Positions 1-9,204 of a DNA stretch of 64,000 bases are shown here, piece by piece (position 1 is the stretch's first letter; each line of letters opens with the position of its first letter). The stretch covers positions 21,545-85,544 of the forward strand of contig JARKSN010000175.1 of NCBI GenBank assembly GCA_029974275.1, read 5' to 3'. Source of the DNA: Candidatus Hydrogenedentota bacterium (GTDB lineage Bacteria; Hydrogenedentota; Hydrogenedentia; Hydrogenedentales; SLHB01). The position numbers and the translations under genes are program-made. A model generated the notes under the pieces. The model worked only from the letters and a program-made list of their open reading frames with translations. It searched no databases and had not been told where the DNA came from.

Positions 1-1121
1 GCGATGCGCAAGGAATATATGCGGAGTACCGCTTGAGACCGGGCGAAGCGTTGTACACGGCGGTGGTGGTTCGTTTCACCGATATCCGCGAGAATGCGGA
101 CATTCTCAACGCCTGCGAGACGGTCCGCACGCGGAGCGGCATCGAGGACGTCTATTCGATGCCGCCGGGCACGCGCGTCCTTATCCCCGTAAACATGCTG
201 GCGGACCGTTTCAAGCCCGCTTCCAGTCCCGATCGCAAGGAATACGAGGAAGGCCTTCGCGAAGCCCGGAAACTGCGGGGCCAGGTTACATCCAAAGATC
301 TCGAAGGCGTGGCGGTCGTGCTCGATCCCGGCCACGGCGGCCGCGACGTAGGCGCCCTCTACGAAGCGGCAGGGCTCTACGAGGACGAGATCAACTACGA
401 CATTGTCTGTCGGGTCAAGAAAATTTTGGAGGAAGAAACGCGCGCGAGGGTTTACATCACCATGCGAGACCGCAAGCAGGGCTACGCGCCGCGAGACTGC
501 CGCGTCTTTTCGGCGGACGCCGACGAGGAGGTGCTGACCTCGCCGCCGTACCGGAATGAGGACGCCAAGGTTTCCGTGAATCTGCGATGGCACTTGGCAA
601 ACGACATCTATCGGAAGGAACTGAAAAAAGGGACGGACCCGCGCAAAATCGTGTTCACCAGTTTTCATTGCGACGCGCTGTTCAATGAGAAACTGCGGGG
701 CGCCATGATCTACATTCCCGGAGCGAAACAAGCGAAAAACGACGGCAAAGACTATAGCTCCGGCCTGTATCGGGATTTTGCCGAGGTGCGCGAGAGGCCG
801 AGCGTCGTTTTTACGCAAAGCGAACGGCGGCGCGACGAGGCGCTGTCGCGCAACTTCGCGGAAACCGTGCTGGGGGCGCTTGCCCGAGAGCGCATTAAAC
901 GACATGATGTGGGCGACCCCATCCGCACAACGATCCGGCAGAATGGGGGGGTGCAGTACGTGCCGGCCGTGTTGCGCAACAACGCCATTCCAACCAAGGT
1001 TCTCATTGAAGCCGCCAACCTGACCAATCCGACCGATCGCGAACGTCTTGCCGATCCCGCCTGGCGCCAGCGATTTGCCCGCGCCTACGTCAACGCCCTG
1101 CGCGCGCATTTCGGCTCCTGA
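1..1121 (+). CDS. N-acetylmuramoyl-L-alanine amidase (Amidase_3), 5'-truncated by the window edge
   Basis: VVLDPGHGG...E, SFHCD and KVLIE Zn-amidase motifs; the frame is open from position 3, upstream of the listed TTG at 33. Confidence 0.85.
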   Translation, partial: DAQGIYAEYRLRPGEALYTAVVVRFTDIRENADILNACETVRTRSGIEDVYSMPPGTRVLIPVNMLADRFKPASSPDRKEYEEGLREARKLRGQVTSKDLEGVAVVLDPGHGGRDVGALYEAAGLYEDEINYDIVCRVKKILEEETRARVYITMRDRKQGYAPRDCRVFSADADEEVLTSPPYRNEDAKVSVNLRWHLANDIYRKELKKGTDPRKIVFTSFHCDALFNEKLRGAMIYIPGAKQAKNDGKDYSSGLYRDFAEVRERPSVVFTQSERRRDEALSRNFAETVLGALARERIKRHDVGDPIRTTIRQNGGVQYVPAVLRNNAIPTKVLIEAANLTNPTDRERLADPAWRQRFARAYVNALRAHFGS

Positions 1122-1307
1122 CCATTCTCATGCGTCCTTCGCGCGACTCTTTTGATGTGATGCCTTGCCCCGTCTTTTCTCCCAAAGTGGCGCCGGAGTG
1201 TGGTAAGGTAATGTGCGCAGGGTGCGGCGGCCCTTTCGCCGCCCGCCCTGAGACACCTTGGCATAAAATGCAAGGGACGGTTTTGGCCGTCAAGGGGAGA
1301 AAGTGCG

Positions 1308-2288
1308 ATGCTGATCAAAACGCAAACCATTGTATGGACGCTGACGGCGGGGCTTTGTTTCGCCTTGACGCTGTCCTTTGCCGCATGTACGCCGAGCGAA
1401 AAGCCCCCAGCGCCGGCGGAAAAAAACATTGCCGAGGGAACGACGGCTGCGCCGGTTCCCGCCGCGCCGGCGGAGGCTGCGCCGGTTCCCGCTGCTCCGG
1501 AGAAAAAGCCGGACGTCCCGGCGATTTCTCCGGAGGCGCGCAAGGTTTTGGACCTTGCGGAGTCCCAGTGGGCTTCGTTGAACTCGCTGCGCGCTTCCAT
1601 GGAGACGTACATGGCGTTTCCGTGCGACTGCGACGAACATCGCATCATGATGGGGGCCGGCGCGTTCGAATACCTCAAGTCTGACGCCAAACCCAAGGTG
1701 CGCGTTGAAATGGGGATGAAGAACCTTGTCTATCCCAAAGGCGAGGCCATGCCCGATCCCGCTGCCACGACGCCCAACAAAGTGCTGCATGTCTTCGACG
1801 GAGAGGATAGTTTTGACGAGATGCGCATTGCGCCTCCCGGCGGCAGCCCGGGCGCGGCCCCGCAGCCTTTCGTGCTGAAAGGGCATCGCGAAAGCCTGGA
1901 CCCGACCGGTTTCGCGGGAGGTTTTGGCGACAACATGCTCAAGCAATACGATTCTCCGGGATGGAAGGTGTCGCTCTTGCCCGACACCGTCATCGAAGGA
2001 AGGCCTGTCTATGTGATCGAGGCCAAGGACGAACGTACGGGCGAATCGGCCATTCCCTTGTCGCAGATCGCTCCCGTGCAACGCGTCTATGTAGATAAGG
2101 AGACCGGCATGCCCCTGCGCACCGAATTGCTCCAGGCCGACAAGAACATCGTTGGATGGATGACCATGCGGAACATCGAGCGCAATCCATCCTTGGATGC
2201 GGCCCGCTTTGTCTACGAGCCGCCCGCCGGCGTAACGGTCCGTGATATGGCAACCCTTACCAAACCCGTGCCGCAGTCTTCGGAGTAA
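1308..2288 (+). CDS. Putative lipoprotein with a LolA-like fold
   Basis: Signal peptide ending FAAC (lipobox), Pro/Ala linker, C-terminal 'VYVDKETGMPLRTE...NIERNPSLDAARFVYEPPAGVTV' typical of LolA-like proteins; purine-rich RBS upstream. Confidence 0.65.
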   Translation: MLIKTQTIVWTLTAGLCFALTLSFAACTPSEKPPAPAEKNIAEGTTAAPVPAAPAEAAPVPAAPEKKPDVPAISPEARKVLDLAESQWASLNSLRASMETYMAFPCDCDEHRIMMGAGAFEYLKSDAKPKVRVEMGMKNLVYPKGEAMPDPAATTPNKVLHVFDGEDSFDEMRIAPPGGSPGAAPQPFVLKGHRESLDPTGFAGGFGDNMLKQYDSPGWKVSLLPDTVIEGRPVYVIEAKDERTGESAIPLSQIAPVQRVYVDKETGMPLRTELLQADKNIVGWMTMRNIERNPSLDAARFVYEPPAGVTVRDMATLTKPVPQSSE

Positions 2289-2302
2289 CGGGACAGGCCG
2301 GA

Positions 2303-3025
2303 CTATTCGATCGGAAGGTCATAGGCGAAGGTTTGGTCGCCGTCTCGGGGACAGCGCACAAGCCATTCGCCCTCTGGAGAAACGACGCCGGTGGCGCAGT
2401 TGACCGGGCCGTTGGGATCGGCCGCATTCGCCGTGACAATGTACACACGGCTTTCCATGGCGCGCAGGGTCAGGTTGGACTCATGATAGGGGACGTGAAC
2501 AGCGGATGACCCCGAGTTCACGGCGTGAAAAATGATGCGCGCCCCTTTCCGTCCCAGGTGATAGGCGAGGCGCGGGTCCGGGTACGGTCCGCATCCCGGC
2601 GTCACCCACATATCGTTGCAGATAAGGCACCCAAACGGGATGCCGCGGTATTCAAAGAGACGCAATTCGTGGCCCGGCTGGCAAAAATCCCGGTCGCCCG
2701 ACGTGGGCACGATTTTTTCGTGCGTGCCGAGAAGTTCCCCCTCCCCGTCGTATATCCGGGACTGAATATACGTAGCTCCGTCCTGCATGCACCCGGTTCC
2801 AACGATCGCTGCGCGGTAGTGCTGGCGGCAGGCCGTCGCCACGGCGCGCCACGCCGCGCGCGCCGCCTGATCGCTGAAATCGCCGTGATACCCCGTCAGG
2901 CTCATCTCGGGGAACAATACAATGTCGGCATCGATCGTTTTGATATGGTCGAGAATCCGCGGAAGGTTTTCATCCAACGCCGGCGATACGGCCATCTGAA
3001 CGCCTGCTACGCGAAAGGTCGGCAT
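2303..3025 (-). CDS. Carbon-nitrogen hydrolase (nitrilase superfamily)
   Basis: FPEMSLTGY (Glu), HEK (Lys) and LICND (Cys) catalytic triad; ATG at 3025 preceded by GGAGG. Confidence 0.85.
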   Translation of the reverse strand: MPTFRVAGVQMAVSPALDENLPRILDHIKTIDADIVLFPEMSLTGYHGDFSDQAARAAWRAVATACRQHYRAAIVGTGCMQDGATYIQSRIYDGEGELLGTHEKIVPTSGDRDFCQPGHELRLFEYRGIPFGCLICNDMWVTPGCGPYPDPRLAYHLGRKGARIIFHAVNSGSSAVHVPYHESNLTLRAMESRVYIVTANAADPNGPVNCATGVVSPEGEWLVRCPRDGDQTFAYDLPIE

Positions 3026-3297
3026 GTCTGTTCCTCCTTCGAACCGCGCGCGATATTCACGCATAGCCCGCGCCCCATTAGGCTGCGAAACCCCGTGAAC
3101 ACGCACTCCATCCGTGTTGCCCCATGCTGTTTGCGCACGGCGCCGCATGCATCGTTGCGTCCCAGCGAACGCTTTGCGAAACGCGCCGCACGCCGTTGCG
3201 GCCTCTTTATAACACCGGAGTTCGCGTATCCATGCCCGCTTGTGGGCGCGTGGAGCGGAACGCGTCTGTGTCCCCTTCCTTGCCTTGCGGGCTAGCG

Positions 3298-3336
3298 CAA
3301 AAAAGGGGGGGCGAGCCCGAAAGCTCGCCCCCTTTC
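3298..3336 (-). terminator. Rho-independent terminator downstream of the prepilin-type gene
   Basis: GGGGGCGAGC/GCTCGCCCCC stem followed by a T-run on the minus strand. Confidence 0.75.
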
Positions 3337-3378
3337 CACTCCGCCTTCCCATGATGGGCAAGCGGGGTTATGCATCTA

Positions 3379-4293
3379 TTACATGCCCTGGAGCGTGGCC
3401 ATTGCCTTCGACACCGGCCAACGGCCCGGGTAGCGGACGAATTCAACGTGGCCGTCCATGAACAGGACGTTGCAGCCGCCCGGCACGTGGTTCATCTCGG
3501 CCGGCTGCGTGCTCACCCAGTCAGCCATCAGCGAGATTTCGCTCTGGGCCTTGTTGGAAGCAGCCGGGTTGTTGATGTCGGTAATGTAGAAGCGCTCGAT
3601 GCCTTCACGAATGCGGTGGCACGTGATCGTGTTCAGGCCCAGGCCGGGGATCATCGACACGTCGATGCTGATGTCCTGGTCTACATTCGGACGCGGCGGA
3701 GCCAGAGCCGTGTCATTGGTGGTCAGCACGGTCGTGAACTCAGTCATCATCGCGCCGATCGCCATCATCTTCGGGTCCGCCATGTCGTTGCCGGCATAAT
3801 CCGTCACGCCGGCATGATCCAGCAGCCAGCCCGTGTAGAAATAGCTGCACGTCGCGGAATCCGGCTCGCAGGGATAGAACTCGGTGTTCGGGTTGCTGGC
3901 GGTCGGCTTCAGGGTGCCGACGTTGTCGATAACGATGTTGTCCAATTCATCGGCGGCGTTGTACACCAAGTTGACGCGTGTGCCAACCGGCGACGACGGG
4001 CACAACGAAATCGCGGGATCATTCAAGTAATCCGGGAAAACCTGGATGAAGTCAACGATCGGGTTGCCTTCGGTCGCTTCGCATCCCCAAATCTTGTTGG
4101 TGGGGAAGCGATCTTTGTTCTCGCCCGAATACATCTTGAACACGATGCCGAACTGTTTCAGATTGTTCTGGCAGCTCGCGCGACGGGCCGCTTCGCGGGC
4201 ACGCGCCAACGCCGGCAGCAGGATAGCGGCAAGGATACCAATGATAGCGATAACAACCAGCAATTCAATCAGGGTGAAGCCTCGCTTCTTCAT
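3379..4293 (-). CDS. Prepilin-type N-terminal cleavage/methylation protein with H-X9-DG motif (DUF1559-like)
   Basis: [48 protein letters not shown]-terminal [18 protein letters not shown]. Confidence 0.9.
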   Translation of the reverse strand: MKKRGFTLIELLVVIAIIGILAAILLPALARAREAARRASCQNNLKQFGIVFKMYSGENKDRFPTNKIWGCEATEGNPIVDFIQVFPDYLNDPAISLCPSSPVGTRVNLVYNAADELDNIVIDNVGTLKPTASNPNTEFYPCEPDSATCSYFYTGWLLDHAGVTDYAGNDMADPKMMAIGAMMTEFTTVLTTNDTALAPPRPNVDQDISIDVSMIPGLGLNTITCHRIREGIERFYITDINNPAASNKAQSEISLMADWVSTQPAEMNHVPGGCNVLFMDGHVEFVRYPGRWPVSKAMATLQGM

Positions 4294-4796
4294 TGTGATG
4301 AACTCCTTCTTCCTCTTGTTCTTTTGCTTGAGGCCGTTGACACCATCCATCAATCTCTCGAATCAAGGCTGACTGCAGGTTTGCCTCAAGCGCCCCCTCA
4401 TGTAACTTTCATACGGACACACTACACAAATTTCGCTCTTTTTGTCGTTTTTCTTGCCTCCTTGTAAGCCCCCTTGTGTTGACTGCTTGATCGTCAGTAT
4501 AGCAAATCCCCTGCTAATTGCAAGGTTTTTTTCTAAAACGAAGTGCTGTATTCCCTGAAAACTCGGTTGCCCAACATATGGAAACATGACGCCGCAGACC
4601 ACCATCCGTTGTGCCTGCCCGATCTTGCGGCCACCACGCAATCGGGATTCTTCCGGTTCTTTTCAGTCCGCATACTCCATATGCTGCGCATTTTCGTCCT
4701 ACACACGCATTCGGAAAAGCCGCCGACTCCCTTTGGCCGTAGGGGCGTCATGCCATAGACTGCTGTAATACGGATATGTACCGATGACACAAGCAT

Positions 4797-4901
4797 CTAG
4801 AGCATTTTCGCAATTATGCCTACGCCATGTACGCTCAAGAAACCCTGGCGAAAATGCTCTCGCAAGAGTGACCGCAGGCATAAAAGGTTAAACTGCTCTA
4901 G
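4797..4901. repeat. ~105-bp CTAG-bounded palindromic repeat (MITE/REP-like), copy 1
   Basis: Ends CTAGAGCATTTT...AAACTGCTCTAG; internal inverted repeat; a similar inverted copy lies at 54720-54825. Confidence 0.8.
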
Positions 4902-7507
4902 CGCTTAGACGGGCGCTTTTCCGTTGGCCCCACGGAGAGTGTTTGCCCTGCCGTTAACGTGAGGGCCTTGGGCAGGGATATCTTCCCCTGGACGGCGCTG
5001 CACACGAACGCGCTCCGGCCCCATGTCACGGCTATTTGACCTGTATTGACGAAAGGCGCAAGGTCGAGTTGGCGCAGCGTCAGTGCGCCGTGAAGGACCG
5101 TCAGGGATGCTTGTCTTCCCTTTTGCGCATACACGCCCCAGGCGCCGTCGATGGCCCAGAACGTCGAGAATTTCTCCGTGTAGGCCTTCGGCGCAAAACC
5201 GATGCGCCCGGCGCCCTTATCGAAGGTGAAGCCCGACCACGCAGTCAGCAAGCCGTACGAGGCCAGGGCGCGGGCATAGTGGTGCCCGCACTCGAACTCG
5301 TCCCAGGGATTGCGCGCGATGCCGTCGTGGCGGTCGCGGCAGCCTTTGACGACGCTCAGGCCTTCGGTCAGCAGGCCTTCCAGGATGAGGTGACTCGCAA
5401 CCTGATACTCGATGCCGGTCCATACCTCGTCGGAGTACACAAACGGGAACGCCGGGCGCTCGCCTCGGGGCCATGAACACAGCAGCAGGCCCGCCTCGTC
5501 GTTAATGGCGTACACGCGTTGGGCATTGGCGTGATCGGTGAGGTCTTCTTTCCAGTTGTATTTGAAGATCGCTTTCAACGTCGCGCGAACATGCTTGGGA
5601 TCAAGCAGGTAGCCCAACCCCGACAGCGAGGCAACCCACTGGCCCAGTATCTGATCGGACAGGCAGCCCGTGCCGAACTGATATTGCGGCCCGTTCTTGA
5701 TGTCGCATTTCTGGATATAGTACTCGCCGTTGAAGAGGTGTTTGTCGGTCCACGCGGCGCCCTTCCGGTAGATGGAGCGGTATTCCGCCGCGGACGCCGC
5801 ATCGCCGAAGCGATCGGCGATTTCCGCGCCCGCCAACAGCGCGCCAAGGTAGAAAACGTTTATCATCGGATTTGGCCCGACGAACTCGATGTCGTAGGTG
5901 TTGTGCTGAACCCCGTCGATGACGCCGTCCTTATCGGGGTCCCACTGCACCCACGCGTGCTCGAGGGCGCGCTTGGCCCGCGGCCAGATCGCGCCTAGCC
6001 AAGCGTCATCGCCGCTGATTTTCCAGTCGCGGTAAAGCTTGATGATCCCGCCGAGCTGGCCGTCGCCGCAGGCATGGAAGTCGTTGGGCGGCGTCCCGAT
6101 TGGAAGCTGAATGCGGAAACACATGCCGCCGTCGGCGCGCAGGTTGTATGTATAGTCCGCCGTGCGCATGGTGCGCTCCAGTTCTGGGAACAGAAACGCC
6201 AATGCCTGTTGGTAGTTCCATACGTGCGTGCAAGAGCCCTCGCAGCATCCGGCCATGGGGGCGCAGCCTTCCCAGCCGTAGAACGTGCCGTCGGTCAGGC
6301 GAATGCACGTGGCCGACTTGATGATGCCGAGGTTGGCGGACACCGCGTCGAGCAGGGCAGGGGGCGCGGTCGTCGAGAACAAAGCGTCGTGGAAGGTCTT
6401 CGTGGCCTTGTGCAGTTCGGCCTCGCGACGGTTCAGCTTTTGCGCGACATCCAGCGCGCTCGAGAATTGGGAGGCGTAATAGTTCTTCCACACCGGGTTT
6501 TTCTTGGGAGCGCTGTCGGAGCAGTTCGATCCCGCGCAACAGCTTCCGGGATTGTGCCAATACATCTCATAGTTCGGGTGATGCCACGTTACATAAAACG
6601 TCACCGTTTTCGACTCGCCCGGCTTCAGTTTTGCACGAATGCCCAACGACCCGGCGTCGGTGTTCTTCTCGTCCGACGGCGGATAGTCGCGGTCGACGAA
6701 CTGGCCCTTGGCGGCGAACGTGTCCCAAAAGTCGTGCATCGGGTTGAACCACCCCGCGCGCAGCCAGTACTTGAGCGCCGTGACCGATTTGTCCGGCGTC
6801 GTCAGGGCGATGCTGCCGTAGCGGGGATGGTCCTCGGCCCATTTCTCCGAACGGAACACCAACCCGCGCACGCCGCCGTCGTCGACGAACTCGTTGACGT
6901 TTTGGCCGTAGCCAAACTCGGTTTTGCTGAAGGTGAAATCCTTTTCCGACATGCCGATGCTGCCGATCGTGTTCAGGATGCTCCACGCGACGGTGGCGTC
7001 GACGGGATTCTTGGTGCGGTTCGTGAGGGTGTACTTCAAGATAGCCGCGGGAAAACCGGAGTCGTCGGCGTTGCTGGGGATGAAGGGATTGTAGGCCTCC
7101 AACGACACCGTCACCGGCAGTTTTTTGCAGGCAAAGTCGATGTGCGCGAAGGGAAACTCGCCGCGAAACGTGCAGGAATCCATATGCGGCAGGCCTTCGC
7201 CGGCGGCGTTCGGGTCGCCCCCGCCCCCGCCTTGAAACGGCGGCAGAGGTTTTCCCTGCAACACGCGGCACACGGGGTCTTTGCCCTTTTCCTTGGCCCA
7301 GATCACCGGAAAGGTCTTGGGCATGTAGGCGCCGATACTGGGCCGGTTGTAGATCTCCCAGTCGATAAGCCCGCCAAAGCCGGACAGGCTCACGTTGCCC
7401 GCGCCAATGCCGCCCAGTGGGAAGGAGATCATCTTGAGGGCGTCGCCGGTGAACGTGCGCTGCTTGCCCAGTTTCAAGAGTTCGGTTTTCGAGTAACCCT
7501 TCTTCAT
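4898..7507 (-). CDS. Glycoside hydrolase family 116 (GBA2-type non-lysosomal glucosylceramidase-like)
   Basis: FPLGGIGAG N-terminus, GEFPFA, YGWEG, HNTYD, YSDEVWTGIEY and NPWDEFECGHHYAR motifs. Confidence 0.88.
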   Translation of the reverse strand: MKKGYSKTELLKLGKQRTFTGDALKMISFPLGGIGAGNVSLSGFGGLIDWEIYNRPSIGAYMPKTFPVIWAKEKGKDPVCRVLQGKPLPPFQGGGGGDPNAAGEGLPHMDSCTFRGEFPFAHIDFACKKLPVTVSLEAYNPFIPSNADDSGFPAAILKYTLTNRTKNPVDATVAWSILNTIGSIGMSEKDFTFSKTEFGYGQNVNEFVDDGGVRGLVFRSEKWAEDHPRYGSIALTTPDKSVTALKYWLRAGWFNPMHDFWDTFAAKGQFVDRDYPPSDEKNTDAGSLGIRAKLKPGESKTVTFYVTWHHPNYEMYWHNPGSCCAGSNCSDSAPKKNPVWKNYYASQFSSALDVAQKLNRREAELHKATKTFHDALFSTTAPPALLDAVSANLGIIKSATCIRLTDGTFYGWEGCAPMAGCCEGSCTHVWNYQQALAFLFPELERTMRTADYTYNLRADGGMCFRIQLPIGTPPNDFHACGDGQLGGIIKLYRDWKISGDDAWLGAIWPRAKRALEHAWVQWDPDKDGVIDGVQHNTYDIEFVGPNPMINVFYLGALLAGAEIADRFGDAASAAEYRSIYRKGAAWTDKHLFNGEYYIQKCDIKNGPQYQFGTGCLSDQILGQWVASLSGLGYLLDPKHVRATLKAIFKYNWKEDLTDHANAQRVYAINDEAGLLLCSWPRGERPAFPFVYSDEVWTGIEYQVASHLILEGLLTEGLSVVKGCRDRHDGIARNPWDEFECGHHYARALASYGLLTAWSGFTFDKGAGRIGFAPKAYTEKFSTFWAIDGAWGVYAQKGRQASLTVLHGALTLRQLDLAPFVNTGQIAVTWGRSAFVCSAVQGKISLPKALTLTAGQTLSVGPTEKRPSKR

Positions 7508-7558
7508 GTCAGACTGCCTTTTCCTTTGTGGTTGTTGGGAAGAAAAAACCGGGCCGCT

Positions 7559-8686
7559 CTAGATATGTCCGGCGTTGCGACGCTTCAATTCGGCTACCGC
7601 ATGACGGACATCCTGGGCGCGGTCTTTGGGCACGACCAGCACGCCGTCCGGCGTGACGGCCACGACAAGGTCTTCCACGCCGATGACCGCAACGGCCATG
7701 TTTTCCAGGCCGGCATCGTTATACACAATGCAACGCCGGCTATCCAGCACGACCGGCGCGCCGTGGAGCACGTTGCCGTTTTCGTCCTGGACGCGCGTGC
7801 GTTCAAGGGCCGGCCACGATCCGACATCGTCCCAATGAAATTCCGCGCGCGCCATCACGACGCGCCGCGCATGTTCCATCAACGCATAGTCGATCGAGAT
7901 ATCCTCGAGGTCTTCGAACAATCCCTGCACCTTGTCGTCGTCGCCGATCCGCAGGGCGCGGGTGATCTCGCGGAGCGCGTGGGACAACACGGGACGCGCC
8001 GCGTCGAGTTCCTCCATGAACGTCGAGAGCTTCCAGAAGAACATCCCGCTGTTCCAGCAATACCGGCCCGACTCGATGAAATCTTCCGCGCGTTCGCGGC
8101 TGGGTTTTTCGTGGAAGGCTCCCACAGGGTAGACAGCCACGCCGTGCGGCGTTTCGGGGAGCGGCTCCGTGCGCGCTTGAATTTGAATGTACCCGAACGA
8201 TGTCTCGGGCCGGGTCGGCGGAATGCCCAGGATCGCCAGGCAATCGTCGCGTTCGGCGACGGTCAGCGCGGCATCGATCGCCTGCACAAATTTCTGCGTG
8301 TCGTGAATCACGTGATCGGCCGTCATGACGGCCATCGTGAAATCCAAATGTTCCGCGCCGTATTTGGCGTTCAAAAAGGCCGCCGCATACGCCAACGCCC
8401 CCGCCGTATTGCGCTTGGCAGGTTCGGCCAGCACATTTTCCGGAGGCGTCCCCACATTGGCCCCGCGAATGGCATCCGCCAGATGGCTTCCCGTGACCAC
8501 ATACACATGCTCCGCGGGAATGAGCGGCGCGATGCGCGCCACCGCTTCGGCCAGCATGCTCTCATCCGCACTCGTCAGCTTCAGCAATTGCTTGGGCCGG
8601 TCGCGACGGGACAAGGGCCAGAAGCGTTCCCCGGAACCGCCCGCCATGATCACGCCCAACCGCAAGGGAGTCTTTCCTGATGCCAT
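7559..8686 (-). CDS. manC: Mannose-1-phosphate guanylyltransferase
   Basis: IMAGGSGERFWPLSR..PKQ, EPAKRNTA, FHEKP, WNSGMF, ISIDYALME and WDDVGSW. Confidence 0.92.
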   Translation of the reverse strand: MASGKTPLRLGVIMAGGSGERFWPLSRRDRPKQLLKLTSADESMLAEAVARIAPLIPAEHVYVVTGSHLADAIRGANVGTPPENVLAEPAKRNTAGALAYAAAFLNAKYGAEHLDFTMAVMTADHVIHDTQKFVQAIDAALTVAERDDCLAILGIPPTRPETSFGYIQIQARTEPLPETPHGVAVYPVGAFHEKPSRERAEDFIESGRYCWNSGMFFWKLSTFMEELDAARPVLSHALREITRALRIGDDDKVQGLFEDLEDISIDYALMEHARRVVMARAEFHWDDVGSWPALERTRVQDENGNVLHGAPVVLDSRRCIVYNDAGLENMAVAVIGVEDLVVAVTPDGVLVVPKDRAQDVRHAVAELKRRNAGHI

Positions 8687-8903
8687 GCGCCGTTCCTCCT
8701 GGATATGAATGCGATGCGCCATGGTACGACAAGCGCAATCGGCGCCACAAGGGAAAGTTAGGGGGGATGACCCGGGGCGAGGATCGCCTTCATGACGCCG
8801 CACGTGAAGACGGCATCGCGCGAGCCTATCATCAGGGGAGACAATCCGTCGCCCAAAAAAACAATAAAAAAGTTAAAATCAAATAAATATGGTATTTGGC
8901 TGT

Positions 8904-8932
8904 TTGACTTGCCCTTCCAAATCTGGCACAAT
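8904..8932 (+). promoter_or_regulatory. Sigma70-like promoter with AT-rich UP element
   Basis: TTGACT-17 bp-CACAAT with TG extension, preceded by an A/T tract at about 8855-8895. Confidence 0.5.
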
Positions 8933-9204
8933 GCCCTGTCTTGTAACGGAGCGTTTCCACGAAGGTATGATAGAGGAGAGTAGGAAGCGCGTTTTTCCTA
9001 TATCTAGCGTGACGGCTTGTGCGGGCGCCAATAGCTGTGGTCCCGTCTCCCCGGGAAGAGAGGGAAAGTGCCGTCGGTACATTGTGCGCGAAGCCAGGAA
9101 GGCATGACGTCTCGAATGAATCCGAGGACGCAGACAAAGACGGTATGCGCCGAAGGGTTCTCTCCCGATAGTCTCCGAAAAGCATTGCAGAAAAAGGAAG
9201 ATGC

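Noticed and set aside
1445..1500. 30-bp-period repeat
   Set aside because: Simple Pro/Ala linker duplication inside a CDS
7555..7562. Third copy of the CTAG repeat at the manC stop (GCTCTAG)
   Set aside because: Only 7 nt match and the adjacent sequence does not resemble the element
6074..8680. 868-aa plus-strand ORF, and similar long antisense ORFs at 15292-16866, 28644-30197, 30314-32806, 47088-49511, 51036-53156 and 59586-61169
   Set aside because: Shadow frames opposite well-supported genes in high-GC DNA; no recognisable motifs
9100..9180. c-di-GMP-I or c-di-AMP riboswitch (GGACGCA and GAATCC words)
   Set aside because: The remaining consensus elements and spacing are absent
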